Positions 48,771 through 58,866 of a stretch of 64,000 bases of DNA are shown here, one piece after another. Positions within the stretch are counted from its first letter, which is position 1, and every line of letters starts with the position of its first letter. The position numbers and the translations under genes were made by a program. The stretch comes from a virus. Below the pieces are notes generated by a model. The model made no database searches and was not told the DNA's origin. It worked only from the letters and a program-made list of their open reading frames with translations. Location of the stretch: UHGV virus genome UHGV-1332848; one strand, written 5' to 3'.

Positions 48771-49331
48771 ATGTTAACATTAAAGGAAAAAGTAGCTCAA
48801 ATAAGAAAAGAATTAAAGGCTGAAGGGATTACAAATAAAATGGCAAATGTTAGAGGCAAATATGTGTTATATGATGAATCTATAACAATTACAATTAAAG
48901 ATATTACAGTAAGTAGGAAAAAGGTTGAAGAAATAGCGAAAAAATTTGAAGAAATAGAACGGGATTATTATGCAATGGAAATATTAGCAGGGGGCAACAC
49001 TTATGTGCACGTAGATTTTGATTGGCAAGTATTAGAAGAAGCAAAAAAAGATTTTATGGAGATAGCAGAAAAAATTTATAATGATAGCCAAAATTATGGA
49101 GAAAATGAATTATATAGAGTTGCAGAGAATAATAATAAAGTTGCATTTTATCAAGCACACTATAGCAATGGAAATCCTCCAACGATATCATTAAGCGAAA
49201 TAAAAGTCATTAAAGATGAGTATGGAGAGTTTAATTCTTATAATAGATTAACAGGAACTATTGCAACATGCACAGAAGGAATTGCATCAGCTTTAGTATT
49301 ATTTAAATATCAATATGGATTAGATATATAA
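48771..49331 (+). CDS. Hypothetical protein (186 aa)
   Basis: RBS AAAGGAG. Confidence 0.45.
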   Translation: MLTLKEKVAQIRKELKAEGITNKMANVRGKYVLYDESITITIKDITVSRKKVEEIAKKFEEIERDYYAMEILAGGNTYVHVDFDWQVLEEAKKDFMEIAEKIYNDSQNYGENELYRVAENNNKVAFYQAHYSNGNPPTISLSEIKVIKDEYGEFNSYNRLTGTIATCTEGIASALVLFKYQYGLDI

Positions 49332-49447
49332 TTATTGTTAGAGTATATAAGGAAATACTTTATATACTCTATAGAGTAATTAAAAACAAGTTTAAAATTA
49401 AGTCTTGTGTAATACTATACACGAGATATTAAAAGGAGTGTATTATT

Positions 49448-50218
49448 ATGTTACAAAATAGATTTGAAAAAGCCATTGAAAGAAAAAAATTAGAAATTAA
49501 AGAGATTGAGGAAAATATAGAACATGCAGAAAACAAATTAAAGTCATACAATTATAGTGAAATGTTGGTAAGATATTATAATAATTTTATAGAGGAATCT
49601 TGTAACAACTTAAAAAAAGTTGAAGAAGAAAAGGAATATTTAATCAATGTAAGAATTCCAGAATACATCAAAGAACATGAAGAAAAAACAATTGAACATT
49701 TCAAAAGACATGGATTTGCAAACTGCCTAGAAATAAGAAATAAAAACTTTTATGTAAGTTATAATAATGGGTGTTTAGAAATAGATGTAAAAAGCTTAGA
49801 CGGGGAACAAGTAACAATATTTAGAGAAAAAAACATAAACACACTAGAACAAGCTAAACAGGCTATAGAAAATGAACTATCAAAAGAAAACTTTAACATT
49901 GAAATTGATATAAGTTTTATAGAATCGTATTATATAGGTTGCAAAAATAATGATGTAGACATAGAGGAATTTTACACAATAGATAACAATAAGAGTAAGA
50001 TAGTTATAAGTAAAGATATGACAATTTTAGAATTATTAAATGATTATAATGTAGACTTAAATAAAACATTAGATAATATATATAGTAACTTTAAAAAGAT
50101 AAAAGATATATTTAATGTAAGTGATAAAATAAAAGTTAATGAGCTATTCCAATTTATACATGATAATAATTATAAACTTGATTTTAGAGAAAAATTTATC
50201 GCTGAATATATAAAATAA
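49448..50218 (+). CDS. Hypothetical protein (256 aa)
   Basis: RBS AAAGGAG. Confidence 0.45.
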   Translation: MLQNRFEKAIERKKLEIKEIEENIEHAENKLKSYNYSEMLVRYYNNFIEESCNNLKKVEEEKEYLINVRIPEYIKEHEEKTIEHFKRHGFANCLEIRNKNFYVSYNNGCLEIDVKSLDGEQVTIFREKNINTLEQAKQAIENELSKENFNIEIDISFIESYYIGCKNNDVDIEEFYTIDNNKSKIVISKDMTILELLNDYNVDLNKTLDNIYSNFKKIKDIFNVSDKIKVNELFQFIHDNNYKLDFREKFIAEYIK

Positions 50219-50352
50219 GTTTAATAATTAATTAAAAACTTATTGACTTTTAAATTGTATATGGTATAATTATATTATAGTAAACGATTAAGAAAACTTT
50301 AAAAGTGTTATAATTAAAGTAAATAAAATTAATAATTTAAATATAAAGGAGT

Positions 50353-50643
50353 ATGAGGAAAATGAAAAATTATAAAGAAATTAAAGAGGAATTATTACAA
50401 AATGAGAATATCTATAGAGTCAATATAGATAGTAGCAAAGAAAAGATTTTTATCAAACCAGTTCAAAATAAAGAGTTTTACTGGATTGGTGAACCTTTAA
50501 AGGAGTATGAGGAAGAGGAAGATACTAGAACTATATATAATATAGGTGGGAGAGAATTTAAGATTCATAGCTCAGAGAATTGTAACACAACTATATATGA
50601 AATAGTTTTAAAAGAAATTAAGAAGCCAGTAAAAGCAAAATAA
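50353..50643 (+). CDS. Hypothetical protein (about 93-96 aa)
   Basis: RBS AAAGGAG; preceded by the motif plus TTGACT-16-TATAAT promoter at 50222-50270. Confidence 0.45.
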   Translation: MRKMKNYKEIKEELLQNENIYRVNIDSSKEKIFIKPVQNKEFYWIGEPLKEYEEEEDTRTIYNIGGREFKIHSSENCNTTIYEIVLKEIKKPVKAK

Positions 50644-50951
50644 AAAGAGGATATACGAATATCCTCCTAATAATAACACTCATGTTACGGGTAATCTTAT
50701 TATTTAAAATATAATTTAAATACATTAAGTGTTATTAAATCAAGATTATCAAAGCAAACTATAAAAGTCAAGAGAAATTATAAATAAATATGGAGAAAAA
50801 TAAAAGGATTAAGTAGTTAAATACTTTCCAACTAGTTTATACTTTCTAGTCAATAAAAAAGTAGTTACATACATATAAAAAATAAATGAAATAATTAATT
50901 AAAAGAAAAGTTAATGAAATATTAGTTTTAAATAAATTGGAGGTTGTAAAA

Positions 50952-51272
50952 ATGAAAGTTGTTGAAAGAGGATTATTAAAAGGTGATGTTAAAATTCAAA
51001 TAGAAAACTGGAAAGAAGAATATCCAAACATATATAAAGAAGAAAATACAACACTTGTTGTATATCCTAAAAGTAAAGTATCTCTAAAATCTTTATGGGC
51101 AGGATATTACCCGAGAGAAAATGAACCTTTTAGATTTGAAATGTCATTTAAGAGTGAAAAAGAGTGTAAAGATGCTTTTAATTCATTAACAAATAATGAA
51201 AAGAAATTAATTGATTATATGGATAATTATTGTGGAACTATTAAAAAAGATGTAGTTGTAAAGTGTATATAA
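50952..51272 (+). CDS. Hypothetical protein (106 aa)
   Basis: Start moved to the ATG after RBS TGGAGG (track ORF 50937). Confidence 0.4.
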   Translation: MKVVERGLLKGDVKIQIENWKEEYPNIYKEENTTLVVYPKSKVSLKSLWAGYYPRENEPFRFEMSFKSEKECKDAFNSLTNNEKKLIDYMDNYCGTIKKDVVVKCI

Positions 51273-51306
51273 AAGAATAATTTTAAATAGTATGGAGGAA
51301 TGTAAA

Positions 51307-51552
51307 ATGGAATTTAAGCATATGGAAATAAAGGAATTTAATAATAAATATGGATTTAACTTAAAAGAACAATGGAATGATAATGGAGAATTTTACGATA
51401 ACTTATTAAAAACAATTGATAACCAAAACAACACATCTTACTTTAGTGCTAGTTTTTGTGATACAGATGTTATTGAAGATGTATTTGACTATCAAGATAA
51501 ATTTAATTTTAACCTAATTGAAATTGAAAATGTATATATAGCGTTATATTAA
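51307..51552 (+). CDS. Hypothetical protein (81 aa)
   Basis: Start at the ATG after RBS GGAGGAA (track ORF 51292). Confidence 0.4.
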   Translation: MEFKHMEIKEFNNKYGFNLKEQWNDNGEFYDNLLKTIDNQNNTSYFSASFCDTDVIEDVFDYQDKFNFNLIEIENVYIALY

Positions 51553-51604
51553 ATAAAAGTAACAATTTATAATGAAAATTAATTAAAAGAAAGAGGTAAT
51601 AAAA

Positions 51605-51841
51605 ATGGAAAAATTAGAATTATTAAAAGAAATCTGTAAATGGTACAACTACAATTTAACAATAGCAGGAGAAAAAATTATCAATGATAATACCAATAGT
51701 GATGAATCTGTTTATAGTTCAGTTGAAGAAGGTTTAAAGGATTGGCTTATAACACTAAAGGAAAGTAATAAATGTTGCATAGATGAACAAGTGCCTTTAT
51801 TATGGTCAAATGAGGAAATAGAACTAATTAAAAGTATTTAA
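51605..51841 (+). CDS. Hypothetical protein (78 aa)
   Basis: RBS AGAGG preceded directly by the AAAATTAATTAAAAG motif. Confidence 0.45.
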   Translation: MEKLELLKEICKWYNYNLTIAGEKIINDNTNSDESVYSSVEEGLKDWLITLKESNKCCIDEQVPLLWSNEEIELIKSI

Positions 51842-51933
51842 GTAGTTTGAAGAGCCTACATAAAGAAAAAAATTATGTAGGTTGGTCAAAACATTTAAAT
51901 AAAAATAAATTAAAAGAAAGAGGGAATTATAAA

Positions 51934-52233
51934 ATGGTAAATATAAAAATATTAAATTCAGAGATTGATTTACAAGATGAGGAGTTAACGATTTATCATA
52001 CAACTTTAGAAATTAATGATAAAAGATATGCCAATATAGGAAAAAATTTAGATAAAGAAAACTTTAATAATAGTTGTTTTTTAGTTATAACTTCTATGGA
52101 GGAAAATAAAGTGCAAAGTATGGATTTAAACTACGTTACTAACAATGGGAATATTGAAGAAATAGAACCTTTATTCAAAGGTAATGAATTAAGAAAGAGG
52201 GTTGTTGAGGATATAGTTAATAACTTATGGTAA
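51934..52233 (+). CDS. Hypothetical protein (about 99 aa)
   Basis: Start at MVNIKIL after RBS AGAGGGAA (track ORF 51847). Confidence 0.4.
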   Translation: MVNIKILNSEIDLQDEELTIYHTTLEINDKRYANIGKNLDKENFNNSCFLVITSMEENKVQSMDLNYVTNNGNIEEIEPLFKGNELRKRVVEDIVNNLW

Positions 52234-52293
52234 ATAGTATATAAAATAAGTATTTGATTAAGTATTATGTGAGAAAAAATAATTATATGGAGA

Positions 52294-52584
52294 GTGTATG
52301 AAATGGTAAAAATGAATAAGGAAATTTTAGAGGTAATCAATACTGTTATAAATTATAAAAAATATTTAGTGGGTTATCATGTAAGGATATTAAAAAATGA
52401 AGATTATGATTGTATGGCTGAAACAGAAAAGTTTTATTATTCTTTACCTTTGCCAAATGGTATGAAGAAAAATAATCAAGACTTTGAAATTATCTTGGAT
52501 TATTCAAGAAATAAAAATTTACTTGATGAATTGAACAAAACTAATTTTGAAGATTTAGACAATTATTACTGGAAGAAATTTTAA
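52294..52584 (+). CDS. Hypothetical protein (about 93-96 aa)
   Basis: RBS GGAGAG; true start probably the ATG at 52303. Confidence 0.4.
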   Translation: MYEMVKMNKEILEVINTVINYKKYLVGYHVRILKNEDYDCMAETEKFYYSLPLPNGMKKNNQDFEIILDYSRNKNLLDELNKTNFEDLDNYYWKKF

Positions 52585-52642
52585 TTAATAAAACAAGTGA
52601 TTTAAGTGTTATAGGAAAAAATAATTATATGGAGGTTTTAAA

Positions 52643-52831
52643 ATGAAATCGTTGAGTGAAAGATTAATTGAATTAGCAAGCAGAGTAGGTAAGTTAGAAG
52701 ATTTATATGACAATATTGATGAAGGACACGAGGATGAACAAGACTTAGAAATAGAGTTAGGCTCAATTGAAAGCTGTATAAATGATTTGGAGAGAGAAAT
52801 GGAAGATGTAAAAGAAGGATATGGAATTTAA
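52643..52831 (+). CDS. Small acidic protein (62 aa)
   Basis: RBS GGAGG; highly acidic (DEGHEDEQDLEIE). Confidence 0.4.
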   Translation: MKSLSERLIELASRVGKLEDLYDNIDEGHEDEQDLEIELGSIESCINDLEREMEDVKEGYGI

Positions 52832-52941
52832 TAAAGTACACTAGCCGAAACTACTCCAATGTGGAGTAGTCAATACAAGGTTACAACTTGTGTTCCGAAG
52901 ATGGCAAGTTAAAATAATAAATTAAAGAGAGGTGAATGAAA

Positions 52942-53118
52942 ATGGAGGAATTAATTAACTTTCAAAAAGAAATAAAAGATTGGGATATAGAAAAACTTTT
53001 AAAAGAAATTATGTTGTGTTACCATTACAGTATAGGTTCAATAAATGATGGAGTAAAAGAAGAGTATGAGGGAAAAATTTTATTATTAAAAATGGAAATA
53101 GTGTCAAGAACTAAATAG
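52942..53118 (+). CDS. Hypothetical protein (58 aa)
   Basis: RBS AGAGGTGA. Confidence 0.35.
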   Translation: MEELINFQKEIKDWDIEKLLKEIMLCYHYSIGSINDGVKEEYEGKILLLKMEIVSRTK

Positions 53119-53127
53119 AAGGATATT

Positions 53128-53292
53128 ATGAAACCTAAGTATAATATTGGCGAATTAGTGAGTGTTAATGGAATTGATATGTTTTACTTTATAGTAGAGG
53201 AAATACATATACTAAAAGAAAAAATTGTTTATACTTTAAATAATGGTAGCACTATTGGAGAATGGGAAGAAAAATATATTGATGTGATATAA
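53128..53292 (+). CDS. Hypothetical protein (54 aa), not in track
   Basis: ATG after RBS AGAAGGA; MKPKYNIGELVSVNG...; fills a gap between annotated ORFs. Confidence 0.3.
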   Translation: MKPKYNIGELVSVNGIDMFYFIVEEIHILKEKIVYTLNNGSTIGEWEEKYIDVI

Positions 53293-53389
53293 AATCAATC
53301 TTTTAATAATACATAAGAAAAAATTTTAAGTGATGAATAAAAATGATATAATAAATATTATAAAAAAAATAAAAGTGAGGTATAAGGTT

Positions 53390-53563
53390 ATGGAAGATAG
53401 AAAAGTTACATTGTTAAAGGCGTGTAGGGATTTATTAAAGAAACAAGAGGAAACTGGTTATATTATAGATTTACTTAGTGAAATAGTATTCTATGACGAT
53501 GCAGAATGTGATGGTACTTGTTTGCTTGAAGATATTGAGGCAGAACTTAAAATGAATGAGTAA
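53390..53563 (+). CDS. Hypothetical protein (57 aa)
   Basis: Start at MEDRKV after strong RBS GTGAGGT (track ORF 53330). Confidence 0.35.
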   Translation: MEDRKVTLLKACRDLLKKQEETGYIIDLLSEIVFYDDAECDGTCLLEDIEAELKMNE

Positions 53564-53621
53564 GAAGTATAGATTTGATATTAACTAGAATAAAAAATCT
53601 ATAAAAGGGAGTTGTTGAGAA

Positions 53622-53798
53622 ATGAATATAGAAATATCAAACGAAATCTATTTGAAATTAAAAAATGAAATATTAGAATGTTATCCTAAAATGAATGATG
53701 ATGAGATAAAAAAATATTTAGTTGATTTTATAAGTGAAGATATGACTGTAAAATACTTTGGTGGATTTGTATCTATGAAAGAAACAAGAAAAAGATAA
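53622..53798 (+). CDS. Hypothetical protein (58 aa), not in track
   Basis: RBS AAAGGGAG; MNIEISNEIYLKLKNEILE... Confidence 0.3.
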   Translation: MNIEISNEIYLKLKNEILECYPKMNDDEIKKYLVDFISEDMTVKYFGGFVSMKETRKR

Positions 53799-53900
53799 TA
53801 AAACTAGAATTTTAAATGTTAGTATATAGTTGGCGGGGGATTTAAATTCCTATCAATTATATACTAAAAAATTAATCAAACAATAAAGGGGTTGTTTTAC

Positions 53901-54215
53901 ATGGAATTGTTATTGTTGGAAAAAGATGTTTTAAAAGAAAAATTAAAATTAGGCATAATTAAAAAAATAAGAATAACGAATTTAACTTACATTAAAATAG
54001 GTAATGACTCCACAATAATAAAGAAGGATGACAGTATATTCATTAAGAATAAAGAAAATAAAGCGTATGAAAAATTAGGAATTTTATTTCATGATTTTAT
54101 GGATTATGAAGACGGTGATTATGATTTGATACAAGTAGAATACTCACCTAAAAGTGTAACAAATTATACTGACGCTAGGAGCTTAACTCTTTACATAAAA
54201 GAGAATATATTATAA
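53901..54215 (+). CDS. Hypothetical protein (104 aa)
   Basis: ATG after RBS AAAGGGG (track ORF starts at the TTG at 53892). Confidence 0.4.
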   Translation: MELLLLEKDVLKEKLKLGIIKKIRITNLTYIKIGNDSTIIKKDDSIFIKNKENKAYEKLGILFHDFMDYEDGDYDLIQVEYSPKSVTNYTDARSLTLYIKENIL

Positions 54216-54407
54216 TAGGAATAATTGTATGAAAACGAATCTTAAATATATAAGAAAAACTTATGGTTTAACAATGTGAGAGTTGGCAAAACATATTGTT
54301 GCAATGTTAGATGATATAGAAATAAATCAATTAAATGTATAAATATAATGTATAAGTGAAAAATAAAATTGAAAATTTTGATATGACATATAAAAGGAGT
54401 TATTATT

Positions 54408-54629
54408 ATGAAAGTAAAAAATGCAAAAATTGAAAATGCTCTAAGATTAATAAATGAGGATGAAGAAATTTTATTAGTTGCTGATAGGAGTGAAATAAAA
54501 ATAGTTACAAACGCGTTAGATTCCAATAAAGTATACACAGGTGAAGTAACATGGATAGGTGAGGATGCTATAGGAATAAACGGTGATGAAACGATATTTT
54601 TTGAATATATAGATGAAATAGAGATATAA
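54408..54629 (+). CDS. Hypothetical protein (73 aa)
   Basis: RBS AAAGGAG. Confidence 0.45.
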   Translation: MKVKNAKIENALRLINEDEEILLVADRSEIKIVTNALDSNKVYTGEVTWIGEDAIGINGDETIFFEYIDEIEI

Positions 54630-54762
54630 TTTATATAAAATGGATATTTTAAGTATTAATAAGGGGGATAATAACCCCTGAACGCACATAAGATAATTAA
54701 TTAAAAAACAAATGATAAAATATATGATAAGAAAAAAATATTAAAAAGCGAGGAATGATTGT

Positions 54763-54942
54763 ATGTTTTATCTAAGTGTATCAATTGGATTTATATTAAA
54801 AATGACTTGTATATGGTTGCCCTATGTAATAGGTGTAGTTTTATTACTTGTATTCATAACTAGCCTTAAAAAGGATTCTAACTGGCTTAAAAGAGTAATA
54901 CATAATTGGTATTTAACTATGCTAGGAGAAAAAATTTTATGA
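54763..54942 (+). CDS. Small membrane protein (59 aa), not in track
   Basis: RBS GAGGAA; two hydrophobic helices; stop overlaps the next start (ATGA). Confidence 0.3.
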   Translation: MFYLSVSIGFILKMTCIWLPYVIGVVLLLVFITSLKKDSNWLKRVIHNWYLTMLGEKIL

Positions 54943-55139
54943 GTATGTTTGAAATAGTGAAACTAATTGTAGAAAAATCTTATGATGGAAAACACTTAAT
55001 GTTTAGTGGATACTTTAGAAAAAGAATGTTTTTTGGATCAAATGAATGTGGAAAATTTAGAATAATAAATAATAATGACTTTTATGAATTTGAACAAGAA
55101 CATATATTAAAATATATCAATAATTATTTAAATAAATAA
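54939..55139 (+). CDS. Hypothetical protein (66 aa)
   Basis: Start at MSMFEIV after RBS TAGGAG (track ORF 54906). Confidence 0.35.
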   Translation: MSMFEIVKLIVEKSYDGKHLMFSGYFRKRMFFGSNECGKFRIINNNDFYEFEQEHILKYINNYLNK

Positions 55140-55211
55140 GGTTTTCTAAGGGGTGTTTTCCTAAATAAAGCCCTATCCAGTAAAAATAATTTAAATTAAA
55201 AGGAGATAGTA

Positions 55212-55541
55212 ATGAGTAAAAAAATGAATAAAGAGTTTAAGAAAAAAATATTGAACAATAAAGTTAAGGCGGAAAGTAGGTATAAGAAAAAAATTGAAAA
55301 TATTAAAGAGAGGAGTATTGTAACAGTAGAATTAGAAGAAAAGAATTTAATAGCAAAAGTAGATAGAGGAAATTTGTTTGTAAATGGAAACGAAGTAAAA
55401 GAACTAATTAAAGATATTTTCTATACAAATGCAGAATTAAAGGAAAATACTATTATAAACTTAGATAATATCTGCGATGTTTTCTATAAATTAAGCTATA
55501 GAGGGAAAATTGATAATGAATTGTTGTTTAGTTTATGTTAA
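55212..55541 (+). CDS. Hypothetical protein (109 aa)
   Basis: RBS AAAGGAG. Confidence 0.45.
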   Translation: MSKKMNKEFKKKILNNKVKAESRYKKKIENIKERSIVTVELEEKNLIAKVDRGNLFVNGNEVKELIKDIFYTNAELKENTIINLDNICDVFYKLSYRGKIDNELLFSLC

Positions 55542-55618
55542 AAAAGTTTGAAATATAGGAAAATTTTAGTTGAAATAATTAATTAAAAATAATATAATAT
55601 AATTAAGATAAAAATTAA

Positions 55619-56584
55619 TTGAAAGGAGTAATAATGGATACTGAAATAAGAGATAGATTCTTGATGAAGTTTGATAAACAGAATACCGTAAAAACCTATA
55701 AGGGTAATATAGATATCTTTTATGAATTTGTATTAGCTAGGAAAACTTTCGATACTGACAAAGATTTATTAGGTACTATAGGGTTTAATGATGTTGAAGA
55801 TTACTTTTATGACATGAAAAAAAATAATAAATACAAAAAAAGTACAATGAATTTAAAAATAGAAGTGTTGAATGAGTTCTTTGACTTTGCGATAAGAAGA
55901 AGAGTCATGGAATTCAATCTAACTGATACAATAGATAAATTTTGTAAAAGTGATATTAAAAAAGAAAAAAAAGAGAAGTATGTTCCCACTGTAGATGAAA
56001 TAAAAATGATATTAAATGCGACATATGAAAAAAAAATAGATGCAAGATGTCAAAGTTTTAATAACGCTAGAAACAGGTTTTTAATATCTTTATTATGTAC
56101 TACGGGTTTGAGGATAGAGGAAGCTTTGGGAATAAAAATGAATGATGTAGATCAACTGAGTAATGGTTTGTATATGATTGACGTGGAAGGAATAAGGGTA
56201 AAAAATGGTATAAACAAAAGAGTCCCTATTACAAAAGGAGTATTGAAGTATTTCTATGAATATGAAAAAGAAAGAGATTTAAGAAATAAAAAATTCGACA
56301 CAGATTTATTATTTTTCAGTATTAATGGAAAGAAACTAACTGGAAACAAAACAAATGAGTTGATAAGAGAACTATGTGCAAGAGCAGGAATAGAAGAAAA
56401 TATAACAAACCATTGTTTTAGACATTTTTTAACTACATACCTAAGAAGCAAAGGCTATGATAATGGTTTGGTGTATAAAATTATGGGTTGGAGTGAAAGA
56501 GGAATTGATACAGAATATGGCAAGGAAGCAAATAATAAGGAATATGACATATTAAAGTTAAAGATGTGCGATGTTTTGGGGTAG
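55619..56584 (+). CDS. Tyrosine recombinase (integrase / Xer-like)
   Basis: Active-site residues visible: R in TTGLRIEEALG, H-x-x-R in NHCFRHFLTT, probable Tyr in LVYKIMGWS. Preceded by the motif. Confidence 0.6.
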   Translation: MKGVIMDTEIRDRFLMKFDKQNTVKTYKGNIDIFYEFVLARKTFDTDKDLLGTIGFNDVEDYFYDMKKNNKYKKSTMNLKIEVLNEFFDFAIRRRVMEFNLTDTIDKFCKSDIKKEKKEKYVPTVDEIKMILNATYEKKIDARCQSFNNARNRFLISLLCTTGLRIEEALGIKMNDVDQLSNGLYMIDVEGIRVKNGINKRVPITKGVLKYFYEYEKERDLRNKKFDTDLLFFSINGKKLTGNKTNELIRELCARAGIEENITNHCFRHFLTTYLRSKGYDNGLVYKIMGWSERGIDTEYGKEANNKEYDILKLKMCDVLG

Positions 56585-56604
56585 CATATAAACTCCTACC
56601 CCAA

Positions 56605-56823
56605 TTAATCATTATGCTTGTCACAGTCGCAATATAATAAGTCTAAAGGACATACACCAAGAGCTTTAGCAATTATCTCTAGGGTTTGCATTGTTGGGTT
56701 AGCTATGCTATGTTTGGCTTCTAACTCCGAAATATAAGATTGTGAAAGTCCCGTTTTAAAGGCTAATTCTTCTTGTGTAACACCCTTTATGCGTCTTATG
56801 TTTTTTATGTCGAAATATATCAT
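56605..56823 (-). CDS. XRE-family HTH transcriptional regulator (Cro/CI-like)
   Basis: 72 aa. RRIKGVTQEELAFKTGLSQSYISELE is a canonical XRE HTH. Convergent with the recombinase gene, divergent from the downstream plus-strand genes. Confidence 0.6.
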   Translation of the reverse strand: MIYFDIKNIRRIKGVTQEELAFKTGLSQSYISELEAKHSIANPTMQTLEIIAKALGVCPLDLLYCDCDKHND

Positions 56824-57093
56824 TAGTTTTAATCACCATATTAATTATAATTAATAATTATATAAAAACAAATGCATAAATTTTTCCAAATTGGTTGATT
56901 ATTAGGGAAAATATCGTTGGTAGTGATAAGTATCTTTTTAATTTCATGTTATAATTAATTAAAAGTATTAAAATACGTTTTAAATAAAATATGTGTTGAC
57001 TATTTATGGGAAAGGGTATAAAATCATATTACAGTAATCGAACAGATGTTCGATAAGCATAATTCATTTTATTATAAATAGCAGGGGGAGAAT

Positions 57094-57366
57094 TTGATGG
57101 AGAAAGTGAATATGTCTATGAATGATGAGAAATTATTAATGAATACTTTGGTAAATAAAATGTTTAAAGAGAACAAAAAAAAGTTTAGAGAATTTATGAT
57201 TTATAATATTGATACAAATGTAGTTGTAAACGATGGTATAGCTACATATATAGTACAATTAAGAGGAAATTTGATAAATGAAGTGGAAAAAGTGTATTAT
57301 GTAGATGATGATTTAGCAAGTATTTTATTACATAATGGAAGACATATGGAAATAAGAATATTATAA
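57094..57366 (+). CDS. Hypothetical protein (90 aa)
   Basis: RBS AGGGGGAG; sigma-A-like promoter TTGACT...TAAAAT upstream at about 56995-57030. Confidence 0.4.
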   Translation: MMEKVNMSMNDEKLLMNTLVNKMFKENKKKFREFMIYNIDTNVVVNDGIATYIVQLRGNLINEVEKVYYVDDDLASILLHNGRHMEIRIL

Positions 57367-57471
57367 ATAAATTGACGGTTTTTATTATTTAATTAATTAT
57401 TTACTTTGCAAATACATACTAAATGTAGTATAATAATAATAAATTAATAAATTGAAAAGGAGTAATAACAA

Positions 57472-58854
57472 ATGTCAGAGATATCAACTTTACTTCCTAT
57501 GAAAAAGCTAGATGAAGAATTAATTAAAATAATAAATAAAGAAGTTAATAACAAGGAATTAATAAAAAACATTAATGCTATTTTCGCTAAAAAGAATCTT
57601 ACTTTAAAAACAGTTGCTTGTTTATTTAATGGTAGTAAATCAATTAGAGAGATAGACACTATGGAGAAAATAGCATTTACTTACGGATGTTATGAAACAC
57701 TTAAAGTTAAAAGAAAAAATAATAAAAGTTTAAAGGATGAGTATATTTATAGAGAAGAATTAGATCCAGGTAATTATTTTAGTGACCAAATATTAGTTAG
57801 ATATGAAATATTCATGAGTGAATCTGATGTTGTGAATATTGTTGAATTCAAGAATTTTATTATGATTGATGACAATAATAGTAGAGGTAATGTAAGCCTT
57901 TTAGATGTTTACAAGTATAGAAAAAATACATTGTGGTTATATAATAGGTCAACTCAAAGAGCACCAGAAATTGTTCCTATGGGTAATAGCGGGGAATATA
58001 CGTATAGAAATAGCGTAGATGAAAAAGCGGTTAAAGAAATGACAGAAGCTATTTTAGATGGTAAATTTGAAGAAACAGAAGTGATTTTAAACGTTAGGCT
58101 TATTCCAGATAAAGAGCCTGATGTAAAGGTAGTTACTAAAGGGAAATCTGAAGGAATTGCAGACATTATTGTAACTCCTAATTATGATATAAATAGTGAG
58201 AATTACACTGTGGTTGAAATATTAGACGGATATCACAGAATATTAGCAATAGAGGAAGCTGTAAGGATTTACCATGAAAGAACTGGCGAATGGTTAAAGG
58301 GTTGCATTGGTGTTAAATTGGTTTTTGCAGATGAGAAAAGAGCTTTAAGAATTGTTAGACAAACATTTAAAAGAACTGCTACAGATGAGCAATATCTAAA
58401 ATCTATAGAAGAAGATGATATTTCAATGTTTGTAGATAAGATTATAAATAAGAGTAGTATATTGAAATTAAACGTAGGTAATGTGTATGAAGAGTGTTTG
58501 GCTTTTGGGAAAATAACTTATAAGTCTTTATTAAATGATACAATTAGAAAATTAGGAATAGATGTAACAAAAAGATCTAGTGCAAATTTCACTTCTGATT
58601 TTTTAGCAAAAGGGATAGATGAAATTTACGAAATAATTAATGATATATATAAAGATGACAAGGATATTTTGTGCAATCCAAATATAATTGCGGGTTATGT
58701 AAAAGCTATTTATGAAATGATAAATAAAGAATTGGATGCTGAAGATATTATAGTAAAAGCTCTAAAATTAAGCAAAAAAGACATTAGAGATATGAAATTA
58801 AATAGTAGAGATTGTATCTTAGATAAGATATTAGAATATTTTGAGGTTATTTAA
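57472..58854 (+). CDS. ParB/Srx-fold protein with a DGQHR-type motif (DndB/DUF262-like)
   Basis: 460 aa. VVEILDGYHRILAIEEA at about residue 245 (nt about 58226-58240) matches the (I/V)xDGQ(H/Q)R box of DndB/DUF262/ParB-like domains. Confidence 0.4.
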   Translation: MSEISTLLPMKKLDEELIKIINKEVNNKELIKNINAIFAKKNLTLKTVACLFNGSKSIREIDTMEKIAFTYGCYETLKVKRKNNKSLKDEYIYREELDPGNYFSDQILVRYEIFMSESDVVNIVEFKNFIMIDDNNSRGNVSLLDVYKYRKNTLWLYNRSTQRAPEIVPMGNSGEYTYRNSVDEKAVKEMTEAILDGKFEETEVILNVRLIPDKEPDVKVVTKGKSEGIADIIVTPNYDINSENYTVVEILDGYHRILAIEEAVRIYHERTGEWLKGCIGVKLVFADEKRALRIVRQTFKRTATDEQYLKSIEEDDISMFVDKIINKSSILKLNVGNVYEECLAFGKITYKSLLNDTIRKLGIDVTKRSSANFTSDFLAKGIDEIYEIINDIYKDDKDILCNPNIIAGYVKAIYEMINKELDAEDIIVKALKLSKKDIRDMKLNSRDCILDKILEYFEVI

Positions 58855-58866
58855 AAGGAGAAAAGT

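Noticed and set aside
52832-52935. GC-richer intergenic hairpins (ACTACTCCA-atg-TGGAGTAGT and AACTTG...CAAGTT) as a riboswitch or sRNA
   Set aside because: They are short, no known riboswitch consensus is visible, and they could simply be transcript-stabilising hairpins. Confidence is too low to call a feature.
55619-56584. Using the tyrosine recombinase as proof of chromosomal integration (attP nearby)
   Set aside because: No attP-like core or tRNA target is recognisable. In a replicon with rep/tubZ the enzyme could equally be a dimer-resolution (Xer-like) recombinase. The lifestyle is left open.
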